NCBI GenBank assembly: GCA_964516325.1 | Contig: CAZFAP010000004.1 | Coordinates: 3,073-67,072, forward strand | Direction of reading: 5' to 3' | Source of the DNA: an uncultured Verrucomicrobiota bacterium | GTDB taxonomy: Bacteria > Auribacterota > JABMQX01 | DNA length: 64,000 nucleotides | Shown: piece by piece, positions 9,351 to 19,100 of the stretch | How the letters are laid out: every line of letters begins with the position of its first letter | Position numbering within the stretch: the first letter of the stretch is position 1 | Made by a program: the position numbers and the translations under genes | The notes under the pieces: generated by a model | The model's input: only the letters and a program-made list of their open reading frames with translations | The model's database searches: none | Told to the model about the DNA's origin: nothing

Positions 9351-9378
9351 GCCCTCGGCGCCACACAGGATGGACACG
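9351..9378 (+). repeat. Conserved 28-mer GCCCTCGGCGCCACACAGGATGGACAGG, copy 1 of a motif also at 61834-61861 (inverted) and 63844-63870
   Basis: Starts 3 nt after the NHL stop codon. It is 27/28 identical to the reverse complement of 61834-61861 and ~24/27 identical to 63844-63870. Confidence 0.6.
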
Positions 9379-9584
9379 ATGTCAGATTAACCGCGGATGC
9401 ACGCAGATATACACTTTTCTATCTATCTGCGTTCATCGGCGTCCATCTGCGGTTCCTGATCATCGCGTGAATTCTGTTATCCCGTCGAGCTTCTTCTCTG
9501 CGCCCTCTGGGGTCTCGGCGGTGAAAAAGGGACGCGCCAGGGGCTGTTGAACCACAAAGCGGCTGCGGACGCGGGGTCTGGCCC

Positions 9585-10469
9585 CTACCCCTTATCGCAC
9601 TCGGCGAGGATTCGGAGAATGTCCTCCGTCGGCTTGGTCTTTCCGAACTCGCAGGCGACTATCCCGCGATAGCCCGACTCGAAGATGGCTTTGAAAACGT
9701 TCTTGTAGTTGATCTCGCCGGTTCCCGGCTCATGTCGTCCGGGGACGTCCGCGAAGTGGAAGTGCCCGATTTCTTTGATGTACCGTCGAATGTTGTTGAT
9801 GAGGTTCCCTTCGCTGATCTGCTGGTGATAAATGTCGAAGAGGCACTTGATGCACGGGCGCTCGGTCCGCTTGACCAGTTCCGATGCATCCTTGGAATAG
9901 ACGAGGAAATAGCCCGGATGGTCAACCAGGACGTTCAGGATTTCCCACACGAGCGTCATGCCAGCGTCCCCGACCATCGGAGCCACGAGCTGACCCGCTT
10001 TCACAAGAGCGTCCATCTGCTCTTCCTTTGACACGCCGTCTCGATTCCTGCCGGTCAACGCGAGGAGGATTTTCGTGCCGAGCATCCTGGCGTTCTCGAT
10101 GGCGCCTTTGACGCTATCCGCGAACCTCTGGTGCTGCGCCGGATCGTTTGGACCCCAGCCGCCGATGCTGCCGCCGGCGCCGATGGCGCCGATTTGCATC
10201 CCAAGCTCCTGGCATTTGGCTTTCACCTGCTCCTTATCATTCCATCCGCCGGCGCCAAGGTCCTCAAAAGCCCGAAAGCCATAGGCGGCTATCTGCTCGA
10301 TTCTCTCGACATGCGAACCGGTGAACCACCCCGGCGAGACGGCGATGGTGTTTCGCATGCCCGCGCCGATTTTCTCAACCTCCGCCCGAGCGCTTGATGA
10401 ATGAAAAACGCTCACCGTTGAAGCCACGGCAACTCCTCCAGCTGTCTTGAGAAACGTCCTTCTGTCCAT
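9585..10469 (-). CDS. TAT-exported sugar phosphate isomerase/epimerase (xylose-isomerase-like TIM barrel)
   Basis: RBS GGAGGT 7 nt upstream of an ATG giving MDRRTFLKTAGGVAVAS..., a twin-arginine signal. AP-endonuclease-2/xylose-isomerase-like fold motifs. The longer ORF to 10535 lacks an RBS. Confidence 0.7.
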   Translation of the reverse strand: MDRRTFLKTAGGVAVASTVSVFHSSSARAEVEKIGAGMRNTIAVSPGWFTGSHVERIEQIAAYGFRAFEDLGAGGWNDKEQVKAKCQELGMQIGAIGAGGSIGGWGPNDPAQHQRFADSVKGAIENARMLGTKILLALTGRNRDGVSKEEQMDALVKAGQLVAPMVGDAGMTLVWEILNVLVDHPGYFLVYSKDASELVKRTERPCIKCLFDIYHQQISEGNLINNIRRYIKEIGHFHFADVPGRHEPGTGEINYKNVFKAIFESGYRGIVACEFGKTKPTEDILRILAECDKG

Positions 10470-10594
10470 AAGATAACCTCCAATGCGAGAATTTCTGTTT
10501 GCCGACCAGAACCTTGAGACGCCTGACCCTACCACACACCGGTCGCGCGGTCAAGCCCAGCATTTGCCGGAGTGGAAGGGCTCCCTTTGCGGAG

Positions 10595-10660
10595 GGAGCC
10601 ACCGCAGAGAACGCAGAGGATAGATAGTTGTGGCACCCCGCCTCTGGCGGGACCCGTGAA
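10595..10660 (+). repeat. ~65-bp direct repeat, copy A; copy B is at 13282-13355
   Basis: CACCGCAGAGAACGCAGAGGA...GGCACCCCGCCTCTGGCGGGACCCGTG versus CACCGCGGAGAGCGCAGAGGA...GGCATGCCGCCTTTGGCGGGACCCGTG. The two copies bracket the C45/hydrolase gene. Confidence 0.5.
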
Positions 10661-10923
10661 TGGTCTCCCCACCATAAGCAACATGCCCATGCCACAACGA
10701 GAGCCAACGGGAGCGTGGAGTGCAACAAGTTCCCCCCTTTCGGTCTTTCGGTCCGCCGCACCCCGACCACGGGTGGAGCAGACCATAGCTACACCGCCAA
10801 AATGTAGCCACGCTGTTCGCAGGCCATTGCGGGCATCAGAGTGTGGTAGAATGGGAATTGAAGGGCCCTCCACAGCGCCCTGGCCCCTTTCAGCACCCGT
10901 AACACCAAAAGGATATCCCTGTT

Positions 10924-13176
10924 ATGAAAAACTCACTCGCAACCTCACGCCTCGCAAACAAATCGAGGACCGCCCATTTCTGGCGTGTCGCCTCCATTAT
11001 CCTGCTCCTCGCGCTATTCATTGTCGTGCCGGTCTCGTCGCACCCGGAGCAACCCTCGGACTGGCAGACGGTCGGACAGGAAGGGCAAGGAAAACTTCTT
11101 TCGACCAGAGGGCAGAGAGTTCTGGTTCTCAAAGGGACGCCCTACGAAATTGGCTTTCAGCACGGGAAACTGCTCGCCAAGGAAGCGGCGCAGGATGCGA
11201 AGGCGTACCTCGACGATTGGGCTATTGGGAAACGCGGGGAGTCCAGATCGTCGCTCTCGAAGATATTCGAGTCCCTGCGACCGTTTATCCCCGAGCGATA
11301 CATGGAAGAGATGAAAGGGCTCGCCGACGGCTCCGGCGTACCCCTGGAAGAAATTCATCTCCTTCACGCGATTCCGACCCGCTTCCACTGCACGGGAGCC
11401 GCTGCGTTTGGCAAAGCGACCGCCGACGGGTACCTTTATCACACCCGCAGCCTCGATTACAGCCTCGACGTGGGCAGCCAGAAGACAGCCCAGGAGAATG
11501 CGGCGCTGATTGTCTTTCAGCCCGAGGAAGGGAACGCTCACGCGGTGCTGTCCTGGGCGGGGCTTATCGGCTGCGTCTCCGGGATGAACGCAAAAGGGAT
11601 TTCCATCGGCGAGATCGGGAATGCGTGCCGCGACGAAAGCTACTCAGGGATGCCGATGATTTTCATGCTGAGGGAAGCGCTCCGAACGTGCGAGAGCCTC
11701 GACGAGGTCATCAACTTCATCGGCAAAGCCCCCCGGACGTGTGGCTTCACGTTCGTCGTTGGGGACGGCAAGATTCCCTCCGCGTCTGCGCTGGAGGTCT
11801 CCCATTCGCGGATGGCTGTGGGGCGACCGGGCGATCCAAAAAGCGACCCTCCTCCCCACTCCCCGATCACGGACGCTGTCCGTCGCGGAAACTATTTCGT
11901 TGATAGGGAAATGGCTGCCGTTCAAAGAGACGAGTACGACCCCCGAATTTCGGCTCCGGAGCATTGGCTCGGGTATTCAGTGATGAGCGGGTTTCTCGTC
12001 GAGAACCTCGGACGGCTCAACGACATCAAGATGATTGAGCTCCTGCGAAAGTACCCGCCGGAGCACCCCTGCCTCCACCAGGCGGTCTTTTGTCCTTCGA
12101 CGCTCGAGTTGTGGGTGTCCAACGCGGTCTCGCCCGCCAAAGCGAAATTCGCCGGCGCCCAGAACCAACCCTTCTATAAGTACAACCTCGCAAAATTGAT
12201 CGAGGGTATTCCATTTGAAGTCATCGTCGCCGAGCCACCTGCACGCTCCACCGGCGTCTTGCCGCGCCCGGAGACGGGGACGACGACCATCTCCGAAAAG
12301 GAGGAATTCATTTCGGACGGCTCGCTCTCACCGTTCCGCCTCAAAAAGAAAAACTTCGATTGGGTTCTGACGTACGATTCCGCGACCGACAAGTATTTCG
12401 TCGCTGACCTTTCCTTCCCGTCAGAAGTCGAGACCCCGTGGCTTGAAGTCAATACGGTTCTTGCCGAATATTACCTCCCGAGAAGCACAGAGAAGATGCC
12501 CGGCGTCATCGTCCTTGACATCCTCGAAGGGAATTTCGTCGTAGCCCGGACCCTCGCCCGAACGCTCGCGGACAACGGCATTGCGGCTCTTCCGCTGCAT
12601 CTCCCCTTTTTCGGAAAACGCAGGCCAAGGAACGGTCCCGAGGAAGCCATGATTTCGGGAGAGATTGATTTGACATGCCGCTTGATGACACAAGCTGTCC
12701 TCGATATCCGGTGTGCCGCGCAGTGGCTCAGAACGCGCAAAGAGATTGACGCGGGAAAGACCGGCATAGTCGGGGTGAGCCTCGGGGCGATTACGGGCGC
12801 CCTCGCGATCGGCGTGGACGGCGGCTTCACGAAAAACGCCCTCGTCTTGGGCGGCGGAGACATAGCGCAGATCGTCTGGACGTCGCCCGAAACCGTCAAA
12901 GTGAGGGAACAGCTAATCGAAAAGGGCTACACGCTCGAAAAGCTGCGCGAGGAGCTGCGCCCGGTTGACCCCCTCACGTACGCTCACCGCATCAAGCCCT
13001 CCACCGTGATGATGTTCAACGCGAAAAACGACCAGACCGTCCTCCCCGATTGCACGACGAAGCTGTGGCAGAAAGCCGGACAACCGAAAATCGTGTGGTA
13101 CAACACCTCCCACGTCGGCGCGGCGATGTACATGAACAAAATCCTCGAGGAGATCATCGCCTTTGTCCGGGAATGA
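10924..13176 (+). CDS. Fusion protein: C45-family (acyl-CoA:6-APA acyltransferase-like) Ntn peptidase domain plus a C-terminal alpha/beta-hydrolase domain
   Basis: N-terminal signal anchor. C45-like region with the probable nucleophile in FHCTGAAAFG. C-terminal GxSxG (GVSLGAITG) and a dienelactone-hydrolase-like tail with a His in NTSHVG. Confidence 0.65.
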   Translation: MKNSLATSRLANKSRTAHFWRVASIILLLALFIVVPVSSHPEQPSDWQTVGQEGQGKLLSTRGQRVLVLKGTPYEIGFQHGKLLAKEAAQDAKAYLDDWAIGKRGESRSSLSKIFESLRPFIPERYMEEMKGLADGSGVPLEEIHLLHAIPTRFHCTGAAAFGKATADGYLYHTRSLDYSLDVGSQKTAQENAALIVFQPEEGNAHAVLSWAGLIGCVSGMNAKGISIGEIGNACRDESYSGMPMIFMLREALRTCESLDEVINFIGKAPRTCGFTFVVGDGKIPSASALEVSHSRMAVGRPGDPKSDPPPHSPITDAVRRGNYFVDREMAAVQRDEYDPRISAPEHWLGYSVMSGFLVENLGRLNDIKMIELLRKYPPEHPCLHQAVFCPSTLELWVSNAVSPAKAKFAGAQNQPFYKYNLAKLIEGIPFEVIVAEPPARSTGVLPRPETGTTTISEKEEFISDGSLSPFRLKKKNFDWVLTYDSATDKYFVADLSFPSEVETPWLEVNTVLAEYYLPRSTEKMPGVIVLDILEGNFVVARTLARTLADNGIAALPLHLPFFGKRRPRNGPEEAMISGEIDLTCRLMTQAVLDIRCAAQWLRTRKEIDAGKTGIVGVSLGAITGALAIGVDGGFTKNALVLGGGDIAQIVWTSPETVKVREQLIEKGYTLEKLREELRPVDPLTYAHRIKPSTVMMFNAKNDQTVLPDCTTKLWQKAGQPKIVWYNTSHVGAAMYMNKILEEIIAFVRE

Positions 13177-13281
13177 CAGCGAAGTTCTCGGCGCGGAACT
13201 GCGTTTGGGTCCCTGAAGCGGCAGGGCGCTGGCGCCCACAGAGCTGGGGTCACCGCAAGCGTCGGTAATCGCTCAGCTACG

Positions 13282-13355
13282 TGGGGACTCACCGCGGAGA
13301 GCGCAGAGGACGCCCCCCGAAGGCGGGGTGGCATGCCGCCTTTGGCGGGACCCGT
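13282..13355 (+). repeat. ~65-bp direct repeat, copy B (see 10595-10660)
   Basis: Sequence identity to copy A as described for that feature. Confidence 0.5.
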
Positions 13356-13581
13356 GTCCCGAGGGCACACCTCCAACCGCCTGGGGCGACGAAACCCACG
13401 GTCCTGTCAATCCCGTACATCCTGTTCATCCTGTCCAACTTTCCCCCTTCCCGGCGTTCCTCGCGACCCCTGTGGGTCAATACCAACAACCCGACCACCC
13501 GTAAGTGAGGCGCTACATCAAATGCAGGAAATCTTATCCTCCGCCGGAGACTGAGGCCTTACGCCGAATAAGACTTTTCTC

Positions 13582-13611
13582 TTGACAGACAAAGTCCACT
13601 ATTATTATTCT
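13582..13611 (+). promoter_or_regulatory. Putative promoter in an AT-rich island upstream of the first multihaem cytochrome gene
   Basis: TTGACA (13582-13587), an 18-nt spacer, then TATTCT. It lies in the only strongly AT-rich stretch nearby (ctattattattctcattatcaaaatagg). That would give a ~200-nt leader to the ATG at 13820. Confidence 0.3.
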
Positions 13612-13819
13612 CATTATCAAAATAGGAATGATATCTCGGTTTGCTGACCGAATCCCACTCGCGGGAGCTTCAGAGATGGCGTCGCCAGGATTGCCACTTC
13701 GTCTGAGGCGCCTATGCGGGTCCGTCCCTACCACACAGGCTGGAGGCGGTGAAAGACGCGGAAATGGATTTGGTCGGGAACTGAGGGAAGTCAGTGCCCG
13801 GCTCACCCGGGAGGTAAAG

Positions 13820-15937
13820 ATGAGAAGGCGGCTGATTGTTGGTTGCGTCATCCTATGCGGCTCGCTTGTGTCCGTTCGGGACGTTAGTGGGACGGCGCCA
13901 GCGTGGCTGGCTTGCGAGAACTGCCACCGGGAAGGGGCGATGCTCGAGACGCTGAAGCACCACAAGCTGAGCAGCTCAGACCTAACGCTGAGGGAGGCTC
14001 TGGACGAATGCGTGGGATGCCACGAGCCGGGGCTCCAAAAGGGGGAGAAGTCCTTTTCCTACAGGGTCCATCGGATCAGTGGGCACAGCATCTACGAAAA
14101 GGCCTGCGCCGTATGCCACGCGAATTCGGAAGGGAACGATTATCCGATGGCATGGGACTGCGGGACCTGCCACGCCACACACAAGAACGGCGAGGCTTTT
14201 CCGAGCAATCAACCGTGCATGGACTGCCACGACGGAAGTCAGGCGGCGACTGCCGACGCTGCTCACGAGATTCCTCCAACGGAATACCAGACATCGGGGC
14301 TGTGCAAGGACTGCCATCGCACCGACTACGACAAGTGGAGAAATTCGTCCCACAGCCGGATCATCCGAGAGGTCGGCGACCCGAAGTACACGGGCACAAA
14401 GTTTGGGGTTCTGGGGACCTGGGCCGACGGGACCTGGTCGCAGTTTTCGTTGAGCGATCCGAACGCCGGGATTCCCCCGGTTACCGTGTACACAAAGGCG
14501 GAGGGGGGGGTGTACAAGTTGAAGCTTGGCGACCCGGTGACAGGGCCCGAATATACGGTGGCGCGGACCCTCGGGGGAGGAAACGCGTGGAAGCAGCACT
14601 TTCTGACGAAGATAGGTTTAAGTCACTACATTCTTCCGATGCGGTGGGTTGAAGCGAAAAATGTGTGGGCCGCATACGGACTGAAAGACTGGTTTGACAC
14701 GGCGGGGAATCCAAGAACCCCGGCGAAGGGGCGCTCGTATGAGCGAAGGTGCGCCGGCTGCCATTTCACGACATCGTCCTCCGTTGCCTATAACGAGACG
14801 AGCCAGGAGTATTTTCTGACTTTCGGGGAGTCAAACGTGGGTTGTGAGAGGTGCCACCGTCCCGCGGGCGGGCATCTCAATGCCGGCGGCGGGCCCGGAG
14901 TGGGAACGATCAATCCAGCGACTTTCCCGGACAAGTTGCAGCGAGGAGAGTTGTGCGGGCAGTGTCACTCCCGCGGTTCGAGCGTCTATGTCAACGCGAG
15001 CGACGGGTTATCCCGAGACTACCCGTGGGCCGCAGCGACCCTCGAGCACCCACAAGGAAGAGGGTATCAGCCGGGAGAGAGCCTCTGGAACCTCTATAAT
15101 CTCATTTCACCGCCGGACCCCGACCTATGGGGAGACACCCCTCCCACCTCGAAGGGGCATCGCCAGGAGTGGCTGGACTTCCAGAATAGCCCCCACTACG
15201 AGCCGGCGAGCATGGCCTGCTGGGACTGCCACGACTCCATGGGTTCGACCATTCCGCATGAGTTGAAGTGGCAGAACGACAATAACGAACTTTGTTTGCA
15301 TTGCCACGGGACGGGTGAGGGAGGCTCGGCGTCGTCCCAGTTTGCCAAACCTTATGACGTCGAAGTCCCCAAGCACACGCGCCACGCCTACAACCCGGCA
15401 AACAATAACCCGCCCGACCCCGATGGGTACGGTCAGAGCCGATGCACCAGGTGTCACATGCCGAAAGTCGCCATATCGGCTGCGCCTTATGACGTTCATG
15501 CTCACACGTTTGAGACCCTGGTTCCCGCCAGCACTCTCGAATTGGCGATGCCGAGCTCCTGCGCCGTGAGCTGCCACCGCAAATATGCCAATGCGGCGCC
15601 CGGACGTCCGGGGTACGGCGACTACTCTTTGTCTGATTGGACTGAGGAGACCGACAGGAAGCTGGCGGCCTATCTCTCGAAGTTCGAGGAGGCGTGGTTC
15701 GAGGGGAAGGCGCACGTCCTGGAGGTGGTTTATTCCGCTAATTTTGTCACGTTCACATGGGTCTCCGAAGAGGGGAAGACGTACGTGGTTTACCGGGCTG
15801 ATGGACTGGGAGCCTCGGCGACGTGGAATCTCCTGGCGGAGGTCCTCGGCAAAGCCGGAAGCAGAACCTCGTCTTTCACGGACACCGACATCATCGGTCC
15901 CAGTTCCCGATTTTACCGAGTTCTCGGTGTGGAGTGA
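13820..15937 (+). CDS. Secreted multihaem c-type cytochrome with 12 CxxCH motifs and 1 Cx3CH, and a C-terminal FN3-like RFYRV module
   Basis: RBS GGGAGGT 5 nt before an ATG giving the signal peptide MRRRLIVGCVILCGSLVSV. Haem motifs: CENCH, CVGCH, CAVCH, CGTCH, CMDCH, CKDCH, CAGCH, CERCH, CGQCH, CWDCH, CLHCH, CTRCH and CAVSCH. C-terminus ...FTWVSEEGKTYVVYRADGLGASATW...SSRFYRVLGVE. Confidence 0.85.
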   Translation: MRRRLIVGCVILCGSLVSVRDVSGTAPAWLACENCHREGAMLETLKHHKLSSSDLTLREALDECVGCHEPGLQKGEKSFSYRVHRISGHSIYEKACAVCHANSEGNDYPMAWDCGTCHATHKNGEAFPSNQPCMDCHDGSQAATADAAHEIPPTEYQTSGLCKDCHRTDYDKWRNSSHSRIIREVGDPKYTGTKFGVLGTWADGTWSQFSLSDPNAGIPPVTVYTKAEGGVYKLKLGDPVTGPEYTVARTLGGGNAWKQHFLTKIGLSHYILPMRWVEAKNVWAAYGLKDWFDTAGNPRTPAKGRSYERRCAGCHFTTSSSVAYNETSQEYFLTFGESNVGCERCHRPAGGHLNAGGGPGVGTINPATFPDKLQRGELCGQCHSRGSSVYVNASDGLSRDYPWAAATLEHPQGRGYQPGESLWNLYNLISPPDPDLWGDTPPTSKGHRQEWLDFQNSPHYEPASMACWDCHDSMGSTIPHELKWQNDNNELCLHCHGTGEGGSASSQFAKPYDVEVPKHTRHAYNPANNNPPDPDGYGQSRCTRCHMPKVAISAAPYDVHAHTFETLVPASTLELAMPSSCAVSCHRKYANAAPGRPGYGDYSLSDWTEETDRKLAAYLSKFEEAWFEGKAHVLEVVYSANFVTFTWVSEEGKTYVVYRADGLGASATWNLLAEVLGKAGSRTSSFTDTDIIGPSSRFYRVLGVE

Positions 15938-16135
15938 TTCTCTGAAGACTCTGCCGTCGGCGTGAACCGCGGATGTAGCTGGCCACGGGGCAATGAGCCG
16001 CCGAATTCAGCGGATGGAACCGCGGAATCCGGATGCTCGGTTTTCATTGCTTGGAGAGAATAAGTCGGCTGTCCATGGGCCTTTTGTTCGGGTGGCGCTG
16101 TTTCTGAAGAGGCGGGAGGAAGGAGGAAACCGTAC

Positions 16136-19100
16136 TTGCGTAACAGGCTTGGGACACGGAGGATAGGAGGAAGATTCGTGAAATCGGACAGGCATACGTT
16201 GGCCGGGCGCCTGGCGCTGCGGGCAATAGGTTCTCTCTGGCTCGCTTTCGTTCCGGGCGTGCTCACTGCTCAATCGCAGGGAATCGAATTGCTTTCCGAG
16301 CTCTCGCCTCCCTTGAACGGACAGTATTACGTGGGAGGGGAAAACGTCACTCTGACGGTCCGCGCCAGGGACGGCGGGGGTGTTGAATTCACGAACACGG
16401 ACGACATTGCGCTCCTTACCTACTATGTCAGCGGTCCGCGGCAGGATTATCGCGGCGTGATTCGTGACCAGAAGCTTATATCCGGGTTGGATTCGGGAGT
16501 CTCCTATCCCGCAGCGGGATCGTTTTCAATCCCCGAGTCGCCCCGGCCGGGCTCCTACTCAATGCTCATCCGACTGGTCACAAGAGCCGGGGAGGAGGGA
16601 TATAGCCTCAAGCACTTCAAGGTCGGTCAAGTTCAGAGCACGGTTCCGGGGTCGCTCCCCCCTCAGGGATGGATGGGATGCGAGAAGTGCCACGAAAACG
16701 GCAACATCGGCCACTACCGTCCGAAAGGCCTGGCGCTGACCGGGTCCATCGAGTATTGCCTCGTCTGTCACGCGTGGGAAACCGAGAAGCCTTTCGGCCC
16801 CACGATGCACGTCCTCCAAGAACACGACAGTCTGAAGATATTCCGGGACTACCCGAATTCGTGCGCGGTATGCCACACCGGCTCCGAAGGGAATGACTTC
16901 ATAAGCAAGGCCGCCTGTCGGTCGTGCCATCCGAATGTCGGTCCCACGGGGCACTTCGGGTTCGATTGGCCGGACAATACCTGCACCTTCTGCCACAACG
17001 ACGTCTTCGCCGCGAAGCCGGACACCATTCACAGGATCGAGCCGGGAAATTATGTAACCTCGGAGACTTGCGCGAATTGCCATGCGGACCAGTACCAGCG
17101 CTGGGACAAGACGGCTCACGCCCACGCCCTGAAACCGACTGACTCGACCTTCCGGGGAGGCGTTATTGGCAACTTCTCGCAGAGTCCCGTTTTGAGCGAC
17201 CCCGCCAACAACGTTCCGCCAGTGACGGTTTACCTTTCCAGGGAGGGAGCTACACACAGGGCGACCCTCGGCGCGGGGGGACCGACGTACCCGGTGGACC
17301 GCGTCGAGGGAGGAGGGAGCGGATGGAAGCAGCGATACCAGACCAGGATCGGCAACAGCTATTACACGCTCCCCATCCAATGGAACGAGAAAGAGGGAAA
17401 GTGGGCAGCGTTCGAGCTGCACAAGTGGTTTGACGCGCAGGGAAAGGCGAAGACTCCCGACAAGTCCGATTCCTTTGAGAGGAGATGGCTGGGCCGCTAT
17501 GCCACGAACCTACAAGTGTCCTTCGACAGCGTAACCCGCGAGTACATGGGGACGCATTCCGAACTAAACATCGGGTGCGAGGGCTGCCACGGTCCCGCCA
17601 GCGGCCATATCAACGCTGGAGGCGGCTCGGAAGGAGTCGTCAACCCGCGGGACTTTGCTCGAGACCGGGCGGGGGAAGTTTGCGGGCAATGCCATTCACG
17701 AGGAGAAAGCACTTACGTCAATTCGACCGGTGACGGGAAGCGGAGGGAATATCCCTGGTCGCCGCAGGACAAGGGCTTCCGCCCCGGAGACATCCTTTCT
17801 AATTTGTTCACCTTTACGACCTCTTTTCTGCACTTCTGGCCGGACGGCACGGCGAAATCCGAGAACCAACAGCACATGGACTATATCCACAGCGTGATGT
17901 ACTCCGCGCCTGGGGAGAAAGTGACGTGCTTCAGTTGTCACGACTCGCATGGTTCGCCGAACAACTACGACCTGGTCGCCTCGACAAGAAGGGACGGAGT
18001 CGAGATCGCCACGAAAAATGAAGACAACACCCTGTGCCTCTCCTGCCATGCAGGAAGAGGCGATTTCGCCGAGATCACGAAAGAGATGGTGGCCAATGCG
18101 GCGCGGAACCTGGCGGCGATCGGTGCGGTTGTGTCAAAGCACACGGCTCACGAGCTCTACTTCCCCATGGGAGAGGGCTTCACGGCGGTGGGGCGTTGCT
18201 CCCGCTGCCACATGCCGAAAGTAGCGACGTCCGCCGTGCCCTACGACATCCACTCACATACGTTCCGGGTCATCGAGCCGGACAGGACTCTCACCCACTC
18301 GATGCCCAGTTCGTGTGCGGCGAGCTGCCACAGGGATATTTCGAACCTCGTTCCGACGGCGCCAGGGTCCGGCGATAGGACGCTGACAAATTGGGGCGAG
18401 CCTACGGATGTGGACCTCGCGAAATTCCTCAAGGGATTTCATCACCAATGGTACGAATACGGTCCGCTCCTTCCCGAAGTTGCAGACAGCGATGGAGACG
18501 GCATGCCGGATGACTGGGAAACGGCGCATGGACTTCTGCCCGCATTTGCGGGGGACGGCTCCGCCGACCCGGACGGCGATACCTACACGAATCTGCGGGA
18601 ATATCTCGGAAGCAGCGATCCTCAAGACGCCGACTCGAAGCCCTACTCCGCCAAGGTTGAGGTCCTTTCCGTGGCGCCGCGGCTGAACGAAAAAGACGCC
18701 CAGGGAAATAGGATCGTCACCAGCGGGTTGAGCAATGTGCCGGTGGGCACGTATGTGAGGTTATCCGGCAGCGGCGCGGACTGGGAGGGGAAGGCTGTTC
18801 CGAGCTACTCGTGGACGGTGGTGGGCCCTCCGGATTCCCTATCGGCTCTCGATAACCCTTCTGCCGAGACGGTCAACTTTGCCCCGGATAGAGAAGGGCA
18901 GTATCGGGTCGAGCTACGGGTGGGAGACGCGGCGCCGACAGATTCCCCGACGGCGGTGCAAATCATCACGGTGGGCACGTGGTTGGGGAAGGAAAACTGC
19001 CAGGTCTGCCACAGCGGGCGCTACGCGGAAAGGCCCGGCTGGGAACTGGCCGACTTGTACACACCCTGGACGGAGACCCACCACGGGACCGCTTTCACGC

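Noticed and set aside
10572-11903. 443-aa plus-strand ORF overlapping the intergenic repeat and the 5' half of the C45/hydrolase gene in another frame
   Set aside because: Extremely Arg/Pro/Ser-rich with no domain. The alternative frame (10924-13176) has an RBS, a signal anchor and two recognisable catalytic domains.
13628-13819. N-terminal extension of the first cytochrome ORF (MISRFADRIPLAG…)
   Set aside because: No RBS at 13628. The internal ATG at 13820 has GGGAGGT 5 nt upstream and starts a textbook signal peptide. The extension overlaps the predicted promoter and leader.
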